Shown: positions 41,201 to 54,802 of the stretch, in pieces
How the letters are laid out: each line of letters starts with the position of its first letter
Position numbering within the stretch: position 1 is the first letter of the stretch
Origin: Eledone cirrhosa
Taxonomy: Eukaryota
Length of the DNA stretch: 64,000 nucleotides
NCBI GenBank assembly: GCA_964016885.1
Contig: OZ024746.1
Coordinates: 22,444,001-22,508,000 of the forward strand
Direction of reading: 5' to 3'
Translations under genes and position numbers: made by a program
Notes under the pieces: model-generated
What the model saw: only the letters and a program-made list of their open reading frames with translations
The model's database searches: none
What the model was told of the DNA's origin: nothing

Positions 41201-43134
41201 GCTAAACTTAGAACGGGGAGGTAACTAAACTTAAATGAACAGGGAGGTAGCTTAACTGATAAACTTGGGAACTGATAGCTCATAAGTTGAATACTGTCAA
41301 AATGGTGGTTATATTTTGACAGTATTCAAATAATGAAGTATGGCTGGAAGTATGGCTCTGTGGGGTTTGATCCCATTGCTTAGCACCTTGGGCAAGTGTC
41401 TACTATTGGATTGATAAATATTTCATGAGTGAATTTGGTATGCAGAAACAGTGCAAAAGCTTGTCTTCATAATCATCAGTTAACATTTGTTCTTTCTCAC
41501 ATGTGTGTGTATGTGTGTTCATGCACACACATACACTCGCAGTGATAGTACTGGTATCAGTTAAAATTCATCTAGTACATCCTGCAAAGTGGATAGCACT
41601 AGGAAGGGCTTCCAGTCATAAAATCTATGCTAAAATGGAATGTATGAGCAAGACATTGTCATCTGACCTGTCTAATCTCAGAACATGACAACCTGCCTAC
41701 CCTATGCTAGCATAGTAAATGGATGTAAAAACTGTGATGTGTGTGTGTTTGTCTACATGTGTGTTTGTGTTTGTCTGCATGTTTGTGCATGTCAGCACTT
41801 CAAATTTGAGACTGCTTGCACAAGCAGTAACATTTGTTTATATCACTCATAAATAATGTCTGTAACTTGGTTCAATTTGCAAAGATCAGTATATTACTTT
41901 AAAAACTGGAGAATTTACATCAAGAAGTGAATCTGATGATAGAACACTGCTCAAAGTTTCATCCAACCCATGACAGTATGGAGAAACAATTGTTATGTAT
42001 GGAAGGCCATATTTGCTGTAGCAGTTCAGTTTTGAGAATAGATACTATGCAAGCAATGAAACAACTATTTGTAGAATATGTTTTAATATAGTTGGCAAGT
42101 TGACAGTTCCAGCTGAATATGTACTGGCATGTCTGGTAATATTGTCTGTTCTGATTCCTCCTTAACCATTTGATAAGCAACATAAACTTAAGTATAATTT
42201 TGTTCTTGTAGGTATTAGGTTGTCATTAATTCTTTTGATACCGAACTACCTGAAACCACCCCTGGTTCTATCAAACAAGACTGCCTATATTAACTCTTTT
42301 GATACTAAAATGCCTGAAACTGCACCTGGTTTTATGGTGATAAGCTGTTTGTTTTAAAGTGCTTATATTTATCTAAAAACATATTCAATCATAATTTTAT
42401 CTAAGAACCATTAAGTTATGTTCCAAACATCAGATAAAAATAATGAGAAAGTTATATAATCTAATTCTTCATTTTTTTTAATTTATTTATTTATTTTTTT
42501 TATTATTTGAAAATTGTAAGCAGTATCTTTCATTAGAAATGTATTAACGAAAGGGTTACTTGTTTTTATGAAAAGTACTGATGTCAGGTCAGGCTTTTGT
42601 CTGCTATTGGTACCATGTAATTCAGTACAGCCCGCTTCATGGTTGAGTGATTGGTGACTAAATTGGTCACCCATCAAACCCTGGTTTGGTGAGGAGGGTG
42701 AAACTCCAGCAGCACAAAAAACAAGAGCTGTTAAAAAAATGGACAAACTCTTTAATGTCCATCCATCCCAACTGTGGGTTAAATAGCCTCACCAACTTGC
42801 AATTGGCCAAGTGTGGTGAGTGTGGATACACTCATGAGATTACCAAAACCAAACAGAAAGTGGTGGAGGTCAACTAGGAGGGGTTTCTTGAATGTTGGAC
42901 TGATCTTTGTGTCCTAAAGTACTTAGCTGAAGGATACAAACAAAAATCACTGGTTGCCCAAGCATTATCAATGTGAAATCTCTCTCTCAAACAAGCATAT
43001 ACAGAAGGAAATATTCTATGTGCCTGTACATAGATTGTTCTGTAGAAAAATCAATGTCTAAACTTTGAGTGCACTGTAACCATTTTTCATTGGAACCTCT
43101 CTCATTCACCCTTCCCTCTCTCTCTCTCCCCTTA

Positions 43135-43166
<32 letters not shown>

Positions 43167-43973
43167 ATGTAAGTATATATATACACACAGACAAACATGT
43201 ATACATGTTATAAATATGATTTTAGAAAGTTCTGTAAGTTTGACAAAAAAAAATAGTTCTGCTTATCGTTGATTAACATGTGAATAGCATTCATAAAGCT
43301 GCCATTGTGCATTGTATTATATTTGTAAATATCTAAAAAAAATTTGCATGACTTAAGTCAGTTTTCATGTGATAACTGAATTGGACTGAGAAATAACATG
43401 TGACTAGTTTCTAAATTGTTTTCTCTTCTAGTCATATTTGTGGGTGGTGGAATTGGTCCATATGAACCAGAATTGGTCACGAGAACTTAACTATAGTGAA
43501 CCACTTAGCCATAATCAAGTTCTTTTTATTTAGTTTTTTTTGTCCTGTGATATAACAGTTAAAACATGTTGAAATTCAGGGAAAACATGACTTCCTCATA
43601 AATCTGTCAAATGCATTCCTCTTTGTTAAAGGATAGGTTTGTAAATGATGAATTGTGACGCTTTAAATATTATCTAGAGTAACTCTCACCACATCTCTAA
43701 TTCAAACTCCATGATATGGGATTGACTATCAACAAAATCTATTTTCTTTCTTTAATACACTGATGTTTAGTGTCTGGCCTATATTCCTTGCCAGCTAGGG
43801 GAAGTCGTCATTTAATTGAAGAGTGAAAGACAAAGAAAAAAGTTTACACTTTTATCTTTGGTACCAAAAGAATTATATACAGAAAATTTGAATATGTATA
43901 CAAACATTTGGCTTGTGATATTTGCTTGGAATGAATGGAATGAGAAACTTACGAATATTCTTTGATTTATATA

Positions 43974-44496
<523 letters not shown>

Positions 44497-45194
44497 CACA
44501 GTACGGTGTGGCACATGTATCATAACATGGATGATCCATCTAACCCAGGCATGTGTGGAAAAGTAGACGTTAAATGGTGATGATGATTATATGTATGTAT
44601 TTGCCTGCCTTTTTCATGCTGGCATGGGTTGGACAGGACATTTCAGAGCAATGTTTTCCCATACTCTTTCTCATACTAAGCCTGTTAGTCACTTCTCATG
44701 ACTACAAATGTAACAAAAAAAAAAAGACAACCAAAAAAAAAAAAAAATTATCTTAAAGGAAAGTAAAGATGTAATTAGATCAAATGTGGCTATCACAGAT
44801 GAGACAACAATACAAGATTAAATTGCATGAAATTGTTATTTGCAGACTTGTCCTACCCATGTCATCATGAAATAGCAAATATTAAAATACTGCTGTGATT
44901 ATCATGTTTAGTTGGGTTTTTTTTTTACTTTTTTCAATAAATCAATAAAAATTCATCAATTTCCACAAATGAATAAATAAAAGCCATTCTATTTGCTTTT
45001 ATTGAAACAGAATTAAAAATTATTTAATTTTGTCACTAATAGTAAATGAAAATAAAAAAAAAAATGCCAATTAGTATAGCTTGTTTCTAAATGAAATTAG
45101 AAAACTTCATTAAGGATTTATTTTTAAAATTGTTTTATAATTACTATTGCAGTAAAAATAAATCATGTAAGGCAGTTTATATATATATATATAT

Positions 45195-46349
45195 AGGTAG
45201 AAACTCCATTTTATGTCCTAAATGCAAAGTATGGGTGCATAAAAGATGTAGTGGGATCACAGGTAGGCTAACTAAGAACATAGATTTTACATGTGGCCGG
45301 TGCTCTGGTGCAATAAGTAGCAGCAAGTGCCCACAAACTACTAGCTCTTTCAATTGCGCAGAGGGTTCTATAGAAATAGTGGACAGCTTCCGTTACCTGG
45401 GCGATAAAATCAGCAGTGGGGGAGGGTGCTCTGAAAGTACTGTAGCTAGAGTCAGAACTGGTTGGAAAAAGTTCAGAGAGCTTATACCACTATTAGTTGC
45501 TAAAGGGTTCTCACTAAAAATGAAAGGCAGGTTGTACGATGCCTGCATACGAACAGCAATGCTGCATGGCAGTGAGACCTGGGCATTGTGTGCAGAGGAT
45601 ATACGCAGACTAGAGAGGAACGAAGCTTGCATGCTCCGCTGGATGTGTAACAGTAATATACGTGAACGGCAAAGCATAAACGAACTAAGGAATAAATTAG
45701 AGATAAGAGGGATCAGATGTTGTTTACTCGAGAGAAGGCTACGTTGGTATGGACACGTGATGCGCATGAAAGTCGATAGCTGTATAACAAAGTGCAGGGC
45801 AATAAAGATAGACGGTAGTCACGGAATAGGCAGACCTAGAAAAACCTGGGACGAGCTGATAAACTCCGACATCACACACTTACACCTCTCCAAGACAATG
45901 TCACTGGACCGAGACCTTTGGCGGTACTCAGTAACAGAGAAGACCCGCCTTACCTAAATATATAGTAAAACCTACTCCAGCCAGTAGGCATCTCTAACAA
46001 ATACACCCCGTCCCACCACCCCCACCCGATCCACACCACCCCGTTCTATGTAAAGTTATGTTGGTGCCGCGCCATCGAGGCCGAAACAAATGAGATCGTG
46101 TAGGTGTCACGACAAAAAAACACACAGTCCACGCTGTAATGTGGCCGTGTAGGCAACACGGTAAAAACCTCCCAGACCCACACTGTAAATGTGGTTGGTG
46201 TTAGGAAGGGCATCCAACTGTAGAAAACCTGCCAGACAGTCCTATGCGAGCAAGACAATCACTCTTGCCTCAAGTGGGACTACCCCCGTCCAAACCCATG
46301 CAAGCGTGGAACACGGACGTTAAACGTTGATGATGATGATGATGATGAT
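45195..46349 (+). mobile_element. 5'-truncated RTE LINE (related to 25819-28217), uninterrupted C-terminal ORF
   Basis: GRNSILCPKCKVWVHKRC...FRYLGD...HGSETW...GRPRKTW, stop at 45957, 3' UTR, (GAT)n; (TA)n on both sides. Confidence 0.95.
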
Positions 46350-46679
46350 ATATATATAATGTGTGTTTGTGTATGTATGAATATCTTATAAAAAATGTGG
46401 ATATTATTTTTGGATTTTTTCATCATATTGCCTGAAACCACCCGTGGCTCTGTAATAGAAAGCTGGTTGTTTTAAAATGTTTATATTTATCAAAAACTTT
46501 CCGTTTTATATAAGAACCTTTTGTTTTGTTCCAATCATCAGCTTAATAAGGAGAAAGTTATATTAAATGTTTCCAAATTCTAGTTGGAGTGAGGCTGGTT
46601 TAGTGATATCTATGGCAGTGTATGCTTGATAGTGAAAGCTTTCTACTGTTTCTGGTTAACATTTTGAACATTTTATTTT

Positions 46680-47095
46680 TCTTCTTCTTTCCCCATTTAT
46701 CCCTGGGAGGGTCGTGGGGGAAGAATCCTCAAATACTCCTTCCAGTGGATTCTGTCTGAAGCAACTGTTTCCAATTGATCCAGCTCGATCCCCAAGTGAG
46801 ACCAGCCAAGCTCATCTTGCTCAGGGTCTACCCCTGGTTCTCCTGCCAGTTGGTTTTACCCATAAAATTTGTCCAGCGATTCTTTCCTGAGACATCCTAA
46901 CCACATTCCTATAATATTGGAGCTGTGATCTCTCAATCTAGAGAAGTAGTGGCTCTTTCTGAAGCGGCTCTCTAATCTCGGAGCTATGCAATCTATAGTG
47001 TAATATTACACCATAGAGGAACCTCTATAGAGTAATATTACACTTCAGAGGAACCTCATGCCGGTCACTTGTATTCGTGATCATATTCTTTCTGA
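46680..47095 (-). mobile_element. Degraded RTE LINE 3' fragment (third family)
   Basis: Minus strand IERSQLQYYRNVVRMSQERIAGQILWVKPTGRRTRGRP..DRIHWKEYLRILPPRPSQG; GAAGAAG tail. Confidence 0.7.
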
Positions 47096-50000
47096 ACATT
47101 TAAGAGTTTGTTTCACGAATACTCTTACTGTTGCACTTGTCACATGTGAAGTTCACCTTCTCTGACAGCCTACATGTGATCCCTCTGTATTTCTTGTGTG
47201 TCCACTCTGCACTGGGTATACAGTCTGCAGTTCCTACCTATTTTCAGTATATTGAGTATTGCCATTTACCTGATGGTATCATTCCTATCCTCCTACTTAC
47301 TAGAACTTCAGTGTTTGATAGCTTTACTTTGAGAATCTTTTCCTGCTTGACGAATGTGTTTATGTCCTGCAGTTTGACAAAGAGGTTTATAAAATAAGTA
47401 TCAGACTTAAGTCAATATGATCGACTTAAAGGTAATATCTCACCATGGCTACAATTTAATGACCAAAACCAGTCAAAAGATAAAAGAATTAGTTCATGCC
47501 ACTTCTAGTTGAAATAAAAATAAAATTTCCAGTTCATACTGAAGTAGGTTTAGCTGCTCTATGAGGTCCTATCTCATAAGAGGTTTCTTGAGTGTTTTAA
47601 TGATGGGACCCACGGTCCTATTATTAAGAGCAACATGAAATGAAGTGTCTTGCTCAAGAACCTATGCCACTTAATCCAAGAATCAAACCAACACCCAAAC
47701 CACTTGGCCATACACCTTCATTATATACTCACATATATATATGTATAATTATCATCATTTGTACATCCACAGTTTTAGGGGTGTTTTATGGCTGGATACC
47801 CTTCCTGGTAAAAACATTTTTAGTTGCTTTCATGACATGCATAGTATGATTCTAAAAACTAGATTATACACATGTACTCGGATACACACTATATATATAT
47901 ATAAACCCATGCTAGCATGGAAGATAGACGTTAAATGATGATGATGATTATATATATATATATATATGTAATGAGAATAAACATCACCATCGTCATTTAA
48001 CATCTATTTTCCATGATTGCATGGGTTAGACGGATGTCATGTGCTGAGGCCAGACTGGTCAGATGACAAGCTCAGTCCTGCTCATATGCTTTATTTTGAC
48101 TTGGTTTCTATGGCTGGATGCCCTTTCTAATGCTAACCACTTTACAGTGTGAACTGGGAGCATGGTTTCTACATTTGGATGCCCTTCCTAATACCAACCA
48201 CTTTACAGTGTGTATTGGGATCATGATTTCTACTGCTGGTTGCCCTTTTAAACACCAACCACTTTAGAACATGCATTGGGAGCATGATTTCTGCTGCTGG
48301 ATGTCCACCCTTTCTAATGCCAACCACTTTACAGAGAGTACTGGGAGCATTGTACCATGACTCTAACAGTACCACCTTAATTGTGAATCCAACACTTTAA
48401 CCACTAGAGTCTGTACCTTCACCACATTGTGTTGGTATGTCTTTATACTATAAATAACTCTCGTATACTGCATTTCCAATATAGCTGATAAAACTTACCA
48501 ACTAAGCAAGTTAAACTAGTGAGATTTCCATGGATATTTAGGATTTAAGTATTTCTTTATTTTTATTTTTTTTAATGATTCATCACATTTCATATATATG
48601 GTTATACTACTATAATTTTAATGTCACTGTGACCTATTGACTAGTTGTATAATTGGCTATCGTTTTAATCTGTCAGCAGCTTGGTTTTAATTCTTTGTAG
48701 TCTATTACATATGTTAGAGATACACGCCTAAAGGTAGAACTAAATAACTTTCATGTAATTCTTAATATCCTGTACCACATGAAACTACAATAGCAAGACA
48801 TTCTTGAAATGTACAAAACAGAACTATCCTTGCTGACTGCTATCAGAGGTTGTCTGCAGGTGCAAGCCCCAGGGCAATATCTTCTCCATCCTGTGAGCAA
48901 GGACGACGAGCTGAACTGACCCTTAAGTTTCAACTATGGTGGTGGTGTGTGGATTTGATTTACTTCCATAAGTATACATATGTAGATACGTACACAAACT
49001 ATGATTGCATCACATTAAAAATTATTCTTAACACTAATACTGCACATTTTCACAATGGTCTGTCCATTAGTAAAGATACTGTAAACATTTAAATTGACAA
49101 ACCCGTTTTTTAAAGATTTTTTGCCCCCACACTGACACTTCTAAAGTTTTAAACCCACGACCTTAAGATTGTGAATCTAATCATAAGGGTGTGTGTTCCA
49201 TTCCTGGAACAGTCACATTCTCTTTTTGAGCAAGAAACTATATTTCATATTTTTCATTTAAATTCGCCCCATCCTCATCAAGCCTCTGGTTTTCATTTCC
49301 CCCTCTGACATGGTTTATATTATTTATTGGTAATAAATTTGGCTTGTACTTGCACAATGTTATTAGCCTGTTAACCCTTATAGCCCCATGGATATGTATG
49401 GTATGATCCCGTAACTCCTGAGGGAGTCATAGGGGTGCTGTATTGACATATGGCCTTTTTAGGGCATTTTTAAACCTGGCGGAGCCCATCTCCTCTCCAG
49501 GTCTGAATACAGTAGATTTCTTCCAGAGAAGGATAGAAAGTGAGAGAAAGGAGATGAGAACGAGATATAAAGGAAGAATCAACCCAGTACTTAACTGGTC
49601 CTTTTTTTTATCGGCCTGAATAGATGAAAGGCAAAGTTGTCTTTTGTGGATATACTTATTCTAAAAACCAAGATATTCAAATATATTTACATGGCTGAAA
49701 ACATCAATCTAAATTACCTTTGTGTCTAAAATAACCAATAACATTTGAAGATAGATGAAGTACAGGCCTTGGCAATTATTGTATTATGTTTAATGTGTAT
49801 ATGTGTTTGTACATGCATGTGTATATACACACATACATAATGTGCATGTGTGTATTTGTATATATGTGTTTGTGTGTATATATAATACCTAATTATTAGG
49901 AACAGTAATTTCACTGTAATTCTCAGTTGGTTTATCACTGTGGGTGTATATAATTCCTTTTAATGAATGACTTATATTCATAATTTTCTTCCTCCTCTGC

Positions 50001-50287
50001 CAAATGTTAAGAGCTATTCTCTTCAATCAATTGTGATTAATTAGAGTTATATAGCAGGTGTTGTCAATTGAGTCCTGTCATCCTAACCCATTTAATATAC
50101 TACTAGTTATGGTCCTCTTAACTGTATTGTATGTTGTCACCCCAACTCTTTTAATATACTAGTTCTGGTCCTCTTAACTGTATTGTATTTTGCTAATCTA
50201 TTCTTTGAAAAGAAGTAAATTTTAAATTATTTATTTTTACGAAATTATTTTTGTTTACGAAATTTAGTAGATAAATTATGTAATATT

Positions 50288-50419
50288 CATTCCCTTGCCA
50301 TTCTGAGTTCAAATCCCGTCGAGGTTAACTTTGCCTTTCATCCTTACCGGGTCGATAAAATAAAGTACCAGTAATGCACTGGGTAATTGTTGGCCTTGTG
50401 CCAAAAAGAAGAAACAATT
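50288..50419 (+). mobile_element. SINE family A copy (left arm of an inverted pair)
   Basis: Same family as 2595 and 15637; 50288-50381 is complementary to 51113-51206. Confidence 0.8.
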
Positions 50420-50782
50420 CAAAGTAATCCAACTTATTTTACTAACGGGATAAAAAATTAAAAAACTGTACGCAGTCCCACAGACCTTACTTTATTATAG
50501 TTTAGATTATACACGACAAAAAAAAAGGACATTACAAGAAAATGATTTGGAGGATGAGTTGGAGTCTCGATATGTAAACTAAACAGCTAATTCTAGTTTT
50601 TAAAAAAATGAAAGGAGACCTAGAAAAATTATCCATTTTCCAACCCACCACTTACTTCAACCCCTTCCCCCTCCAAGAGTATGTATATCTTTGGCAAAAG
50701 TTATACAGTCTGATTATGAAAAATAAGAATGATTTAAAAATATATATCCACCATATTTTGTCTTTTGTATTGAATAAAATTT

Positions 50783-50819
50783 ATTAATTTATATTTTTTA
50801 TTTTTTTCCCTAGGTAAGT
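50783..50819 (+). promoter_or_regulatory. Candidate recursive splice site (3' splice site fused to a 5' splice site)
   Basis: ATTAAT branch-like motif, T-rich tract TTTTTTATTTTTTTCCC, TAG|GTAAGT; sense to the UGCG-like intron. Confidence 0.45.
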
Positions 50820-50909
50820 GTTTGAGGCAGTTTTGGGTGAGATACTGTTTTTTTTTAATAACATTGTATATATGTGATCTCTTGGACTTTTATGAAGCGC
50901 CAAGAAGGT

Positions 50910-50970
50910 AAAGTTAATATATAGAATGATCTGCTCCGCACATGAGCATACCATTCTCTATATTAATTTT
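50910..50970 (+). other. 27-position hairpin stem with 7-nt loop
   Basis: AAAGTTAATATATAGAATGATCTGCTC-CGCACAT-GAGCATACCATTCTCTATATTAATTTT; three mismatches and one G-U pair. Confidence 0.7.
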
Positions 50971-51112
50971 CATAAATTGGGAGGCAGATGTTCTAGTAGT
51001 TAGGGTGTTGGACTCAGGATCATATAGTTGGGGTTTTAATTTCTGAACCTGGTAACGTATTGTGTCCTTGAGCAAGGCGCATCATTTCATATTGTTCCAG
51101 TCCACTCAACTG

Positions 51113-51260
51113 CAGTGCATTACTGGTACTTTATTTTATCAACTCCTGTAAAGATGAAAGGCAAAGTTAACCTCAACGGGATTCAAACACAGAATGTAAA
51201 GGAATGTAACTATATGCCACAAAGCACGTTGTCCAATGCTCTACCGATACTGTCAATCCA
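51113..51260 (-). mobile_element. SINE family A copy (right arm of an inverted pair)
   Basis: Reverse complement of the family A body and tRNA head; joined to a + strand CORE-type SINE head at 50980-51112. Confidence 0.8.
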
Positions 51261-52808
51261 CAGACATAATGGTTTCTGATTTAGGCATGAGGCCAACAGT
51301 ATTTTGGGAGGGAAAGTTGATTAAATCAACCCCAGTGTGTTACTGGTACCACATAAGGATGAAAGGCAAAGCTAACCTCAGTAGGATTTGAACACTGCAA
51401 AATATATTGTTTGATGCTCTACTCACACTGCCAATCCACATATAAATGCCATTCTTTCTGATTTCTGTTGATCTAGCATTAATATGATATGTATATTTTT
51501 TAAATATATTGATATTTTCCAAAATTATCTCTCTTAAGTATTGTTACATTTCTGTTGGAAGATTGGGGGTTCCTATATTCTCATTTTGTTTTTCTTTTTT
51601 TATCAATGTAACCTGTATACATATTACCTGTATTAATATTACCTGTATATTACCTGGATTACTATTGCCTAGAATATCAAGATTAGTATTACCTGGATAA
51701 ATATTACCTGGATTAATATTACCTGGAATATCAAGATTAGTATTACCTGGATAAAATATCTAATTATCTACATTAATATTATCAAACTTCTTTTGCTTTT
51801 TACTTTTTTTACTGGTTTCAGTCATTTGACTGTGGCCATGTTGGAGTGGGGTGCAATGGGGGCTTGAGATTTTAACCAATCATATTGGCTCTGCTACTTA
51901 TTTTATTAATCTCATTTTGTTGAACTGCTACCTGAGAAGACATACACATACACACACAAACACATGCACAAGCACTCAGACCAACATCATCATCATCGTT
52001 TAATGTCCACTTTTCCTGCTAGCAAGAGTTAGACAGGTCCACATAGACTAAGTCAGTACTGAAGCGAGGCTACTGACCTCCCAGACAGACCAAGGGTTTT
52101 GCATCATGCTTACATTGATGAGTTATTTGACAGAAACTGAAGGGTCCTCCTAACTCTTTGTTTGGCAGGCTTTCTACAGCTGGATGCACTTCCTAACGCC
52201 AATCACTTTACAGTGTGTAATTGATGCTTTTATCATGTAGATCACCAACACTAGAGAGGTTGTCATGTCATTACACAACTAAAATGTCCTCCCAACCCAT
52301 ATATATATATATATATATAGCGAACTTCTGTATAATTTCCATTTATCAAATTTCTTTCACATGGATTTGGTGTCCTGGTTTTTTTCTAAGTATTGATTCT
52401 AATCCTGTATTGTTCTTTGCTAGTGAGTGTTTTGGAGCAGGTTGTTTAAGATGTACAGGAATTTGTGTTATCCCTTAGTTTTTATTAGATTATTTTTATC
52501 GTGTTAATCAGGATTGAGCAGAAGTATGATGAAGGATGTTTCAACTGTGGACATCCTGTTCTATTAGGTGTATGGCTATGGCTAGATTATCCAATGTGTC
52601 TTTTCTGATGATTAAAGGGTATGATTTGAAGAAGATTTGACTGCTATTTCTACCATGTTGTATGACTACATAGCTGTTTAGTTGTTGGCTCTAATGGGAG
52701 TACAATTTGAGGGAGTTTTGACTGCTATTTCTAACATTTTTTGTAATTATATAGCTGTTTATTTGTTGGCTCATTAAATCAGGGAGTAGGGTAACCTAAT
52801 AGAGATAT

Positions 52809-52843
<35 letters not shown>

Positions 52844-53896
52844 TGTCATCATTGTTTTTACATTTGTTTTCCATGCTGGCATGGGTTGGACAATATATGT
52901 TTTGTGTTGTGATTACATTGTATGTATCCCATATAAGAGGCAACTAAAATGGTTGGCACCAGGAAGGGTATCCATCCATAAAACACCCCTAAACCTGATG
53001 TCCAACCCATGCTCCTAGCATAGTAAAGTAAATGTGCAAATGATATTAATGACACATGTGTGTGTGTATATAGTGAAAGTGTGTGGCCTAGTTGTTAGAT
53101 TGTTGAATCCATGATCATAAGATTGTGGTTCAATTCCTGGACTGGGTGGTATGCTGTGTTCTTGATCAAGATGCTTCATTTTATATAGTTTTTTTTATAT
53201 GTAATAAGCCTGAGGAAGACTCCTATCATTAAACCCCCTTCCCCTATCCCAGAGTAACAACCTCATAGTAGGTCAGCTATACCTACATAGGTGTGAGCTG
53301 TAACATGTATGTGTGTGCTTGGTTGTGTGTATATTTCTATATGTATATATATTTATATATTTTATACACACACGCACCACAATACACACATACATGTGTG
53401 TGTGTAAACTTGTGAATGCATGTGTTACTGCTGTTTATTTTTATCTTGAATGCTCACATTTCTTACATGTTATATCCTATTTCTGTACAAGTATCATTTA
53501 TGATATCTATACTGAATATATGTTATTTATGTTAAGAATGTTCTACCATGGTTAAAGTCTGTTCTTCTCTGATATCAGATTAGCATTTCAAGGATTCTCT
53601 ACTGGGTATATAGCTTTCTCTACTGAGTATATAGCTTTGTTTCTTATAACATTACACTATGAATGTTATCTTTCATAAGGTTTATTACTTTTAGATGCAT
53701 CAAGTGGTTTGTTTTTTAGGTCAATTGTATTGAACAATAGTATAATATTTGTGTGTCTGTATCCTTGTAGCATTGTGTGTCATAGGAAAGTAAAAAGGTT
53801 AACACTTGGACGGTTATCTGGCTGTAATGGGATCCACATTTGTTGTCATGAAGCCCACATTTGCTGAAATAGGATTTTTACATTTGTTATGGAGCA

Positions 53897-54340
53897 CAGA
53901 CTTGATGTCACGCAGGTCCCGACTTGCTGTCATGTAGGTCCCGACTTGCTGTCACGTAGGTCCCGACTTGATGTCACGCAGGTCCCAACTTGATGTCACG
54001 TAGGTCCCGACTTGATGTCGCGTAGGTCCCGACTTGATGTCGCGTAGGTCCCGACTTGATGTCGCGTAGGTCCCGACTTGATGTCACGCAGGTCCCGACT
54101 TGCTGTCACGTAGGTCTCGACTTGATGTCGCGTAGGTCCCGACTTGATGTCGCGTAGGTCCCGACTTGATATGTCGCATAGGTCCCGACTTGATATGTCG
54201 CATAGGTCCCGACTTGATGTCGTGTAGGTCCCGACTTGATATGTCGCGTAGGTCCCGACTTGATATGTCACGTAGGTCCCGACTTGATGTCATGGAGCTC
54301 TCACTTGATGTCATGGAGCTCTCACTTGATGTCACAGGGC
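53897..54340. repeat. CpG-rich 22-bp minisatellite (GTCCCGACTTGATGTCGCGTAG)n
   Basis: About 17-20 head-to-tail units, some with a 2-bp insertion, decaying at both ends; no spacers. Confidence 0.95.
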
Positions 54341-54756
54341 CCACACTTGTCATGGAGCCCTCACTGGTTGTCATAGAACCTGCACTGTATAATAAATTCA
54401 CTCAATACACTCTGTAAAGGTGGTTGGCATTAGGAAGGGTATTCAGCTGTAGAAACCATGCCAAATATGGAATGCATGAGCAGGATGGAAAGTAGTCTTA
54501 AATGATATATTGCTGACATTTGTCAAACTGCTAAGCTGAGGGTTAGATTGTTGTCAAGGAGCCCCCCCCCCCCTCTCCACACACACACATACACACCTTC
54601 ATACTATCCAACTAGCAATTACACTAACAATACATTTTATATTGTTATAATAATTTATAAAGAATTGGCTGACTATCAGTTATGGTAAAGTTTGTCAGAA
54701 AGTGAATATTTCTGAATAGAGAAATCTAATAGAAGGAAATGTTAACAAATGAAGTT

Positions 54757-54800
<44 letters not shown>

Positions 54801-54802
<2 letters not shown>

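Noticed and set aside
45091-45957. 288-aa ORF as a domesticated gene
   Set aside because: The N-terminus is AT-rich flank and (TA)n read in frame into a truncated young LINE; no catalytic RT motifs.
53897-54340. CRISPR-like array
   Set aside because: Head-to-tail units with no unique spacers, eukaryotic context, no cas genes.
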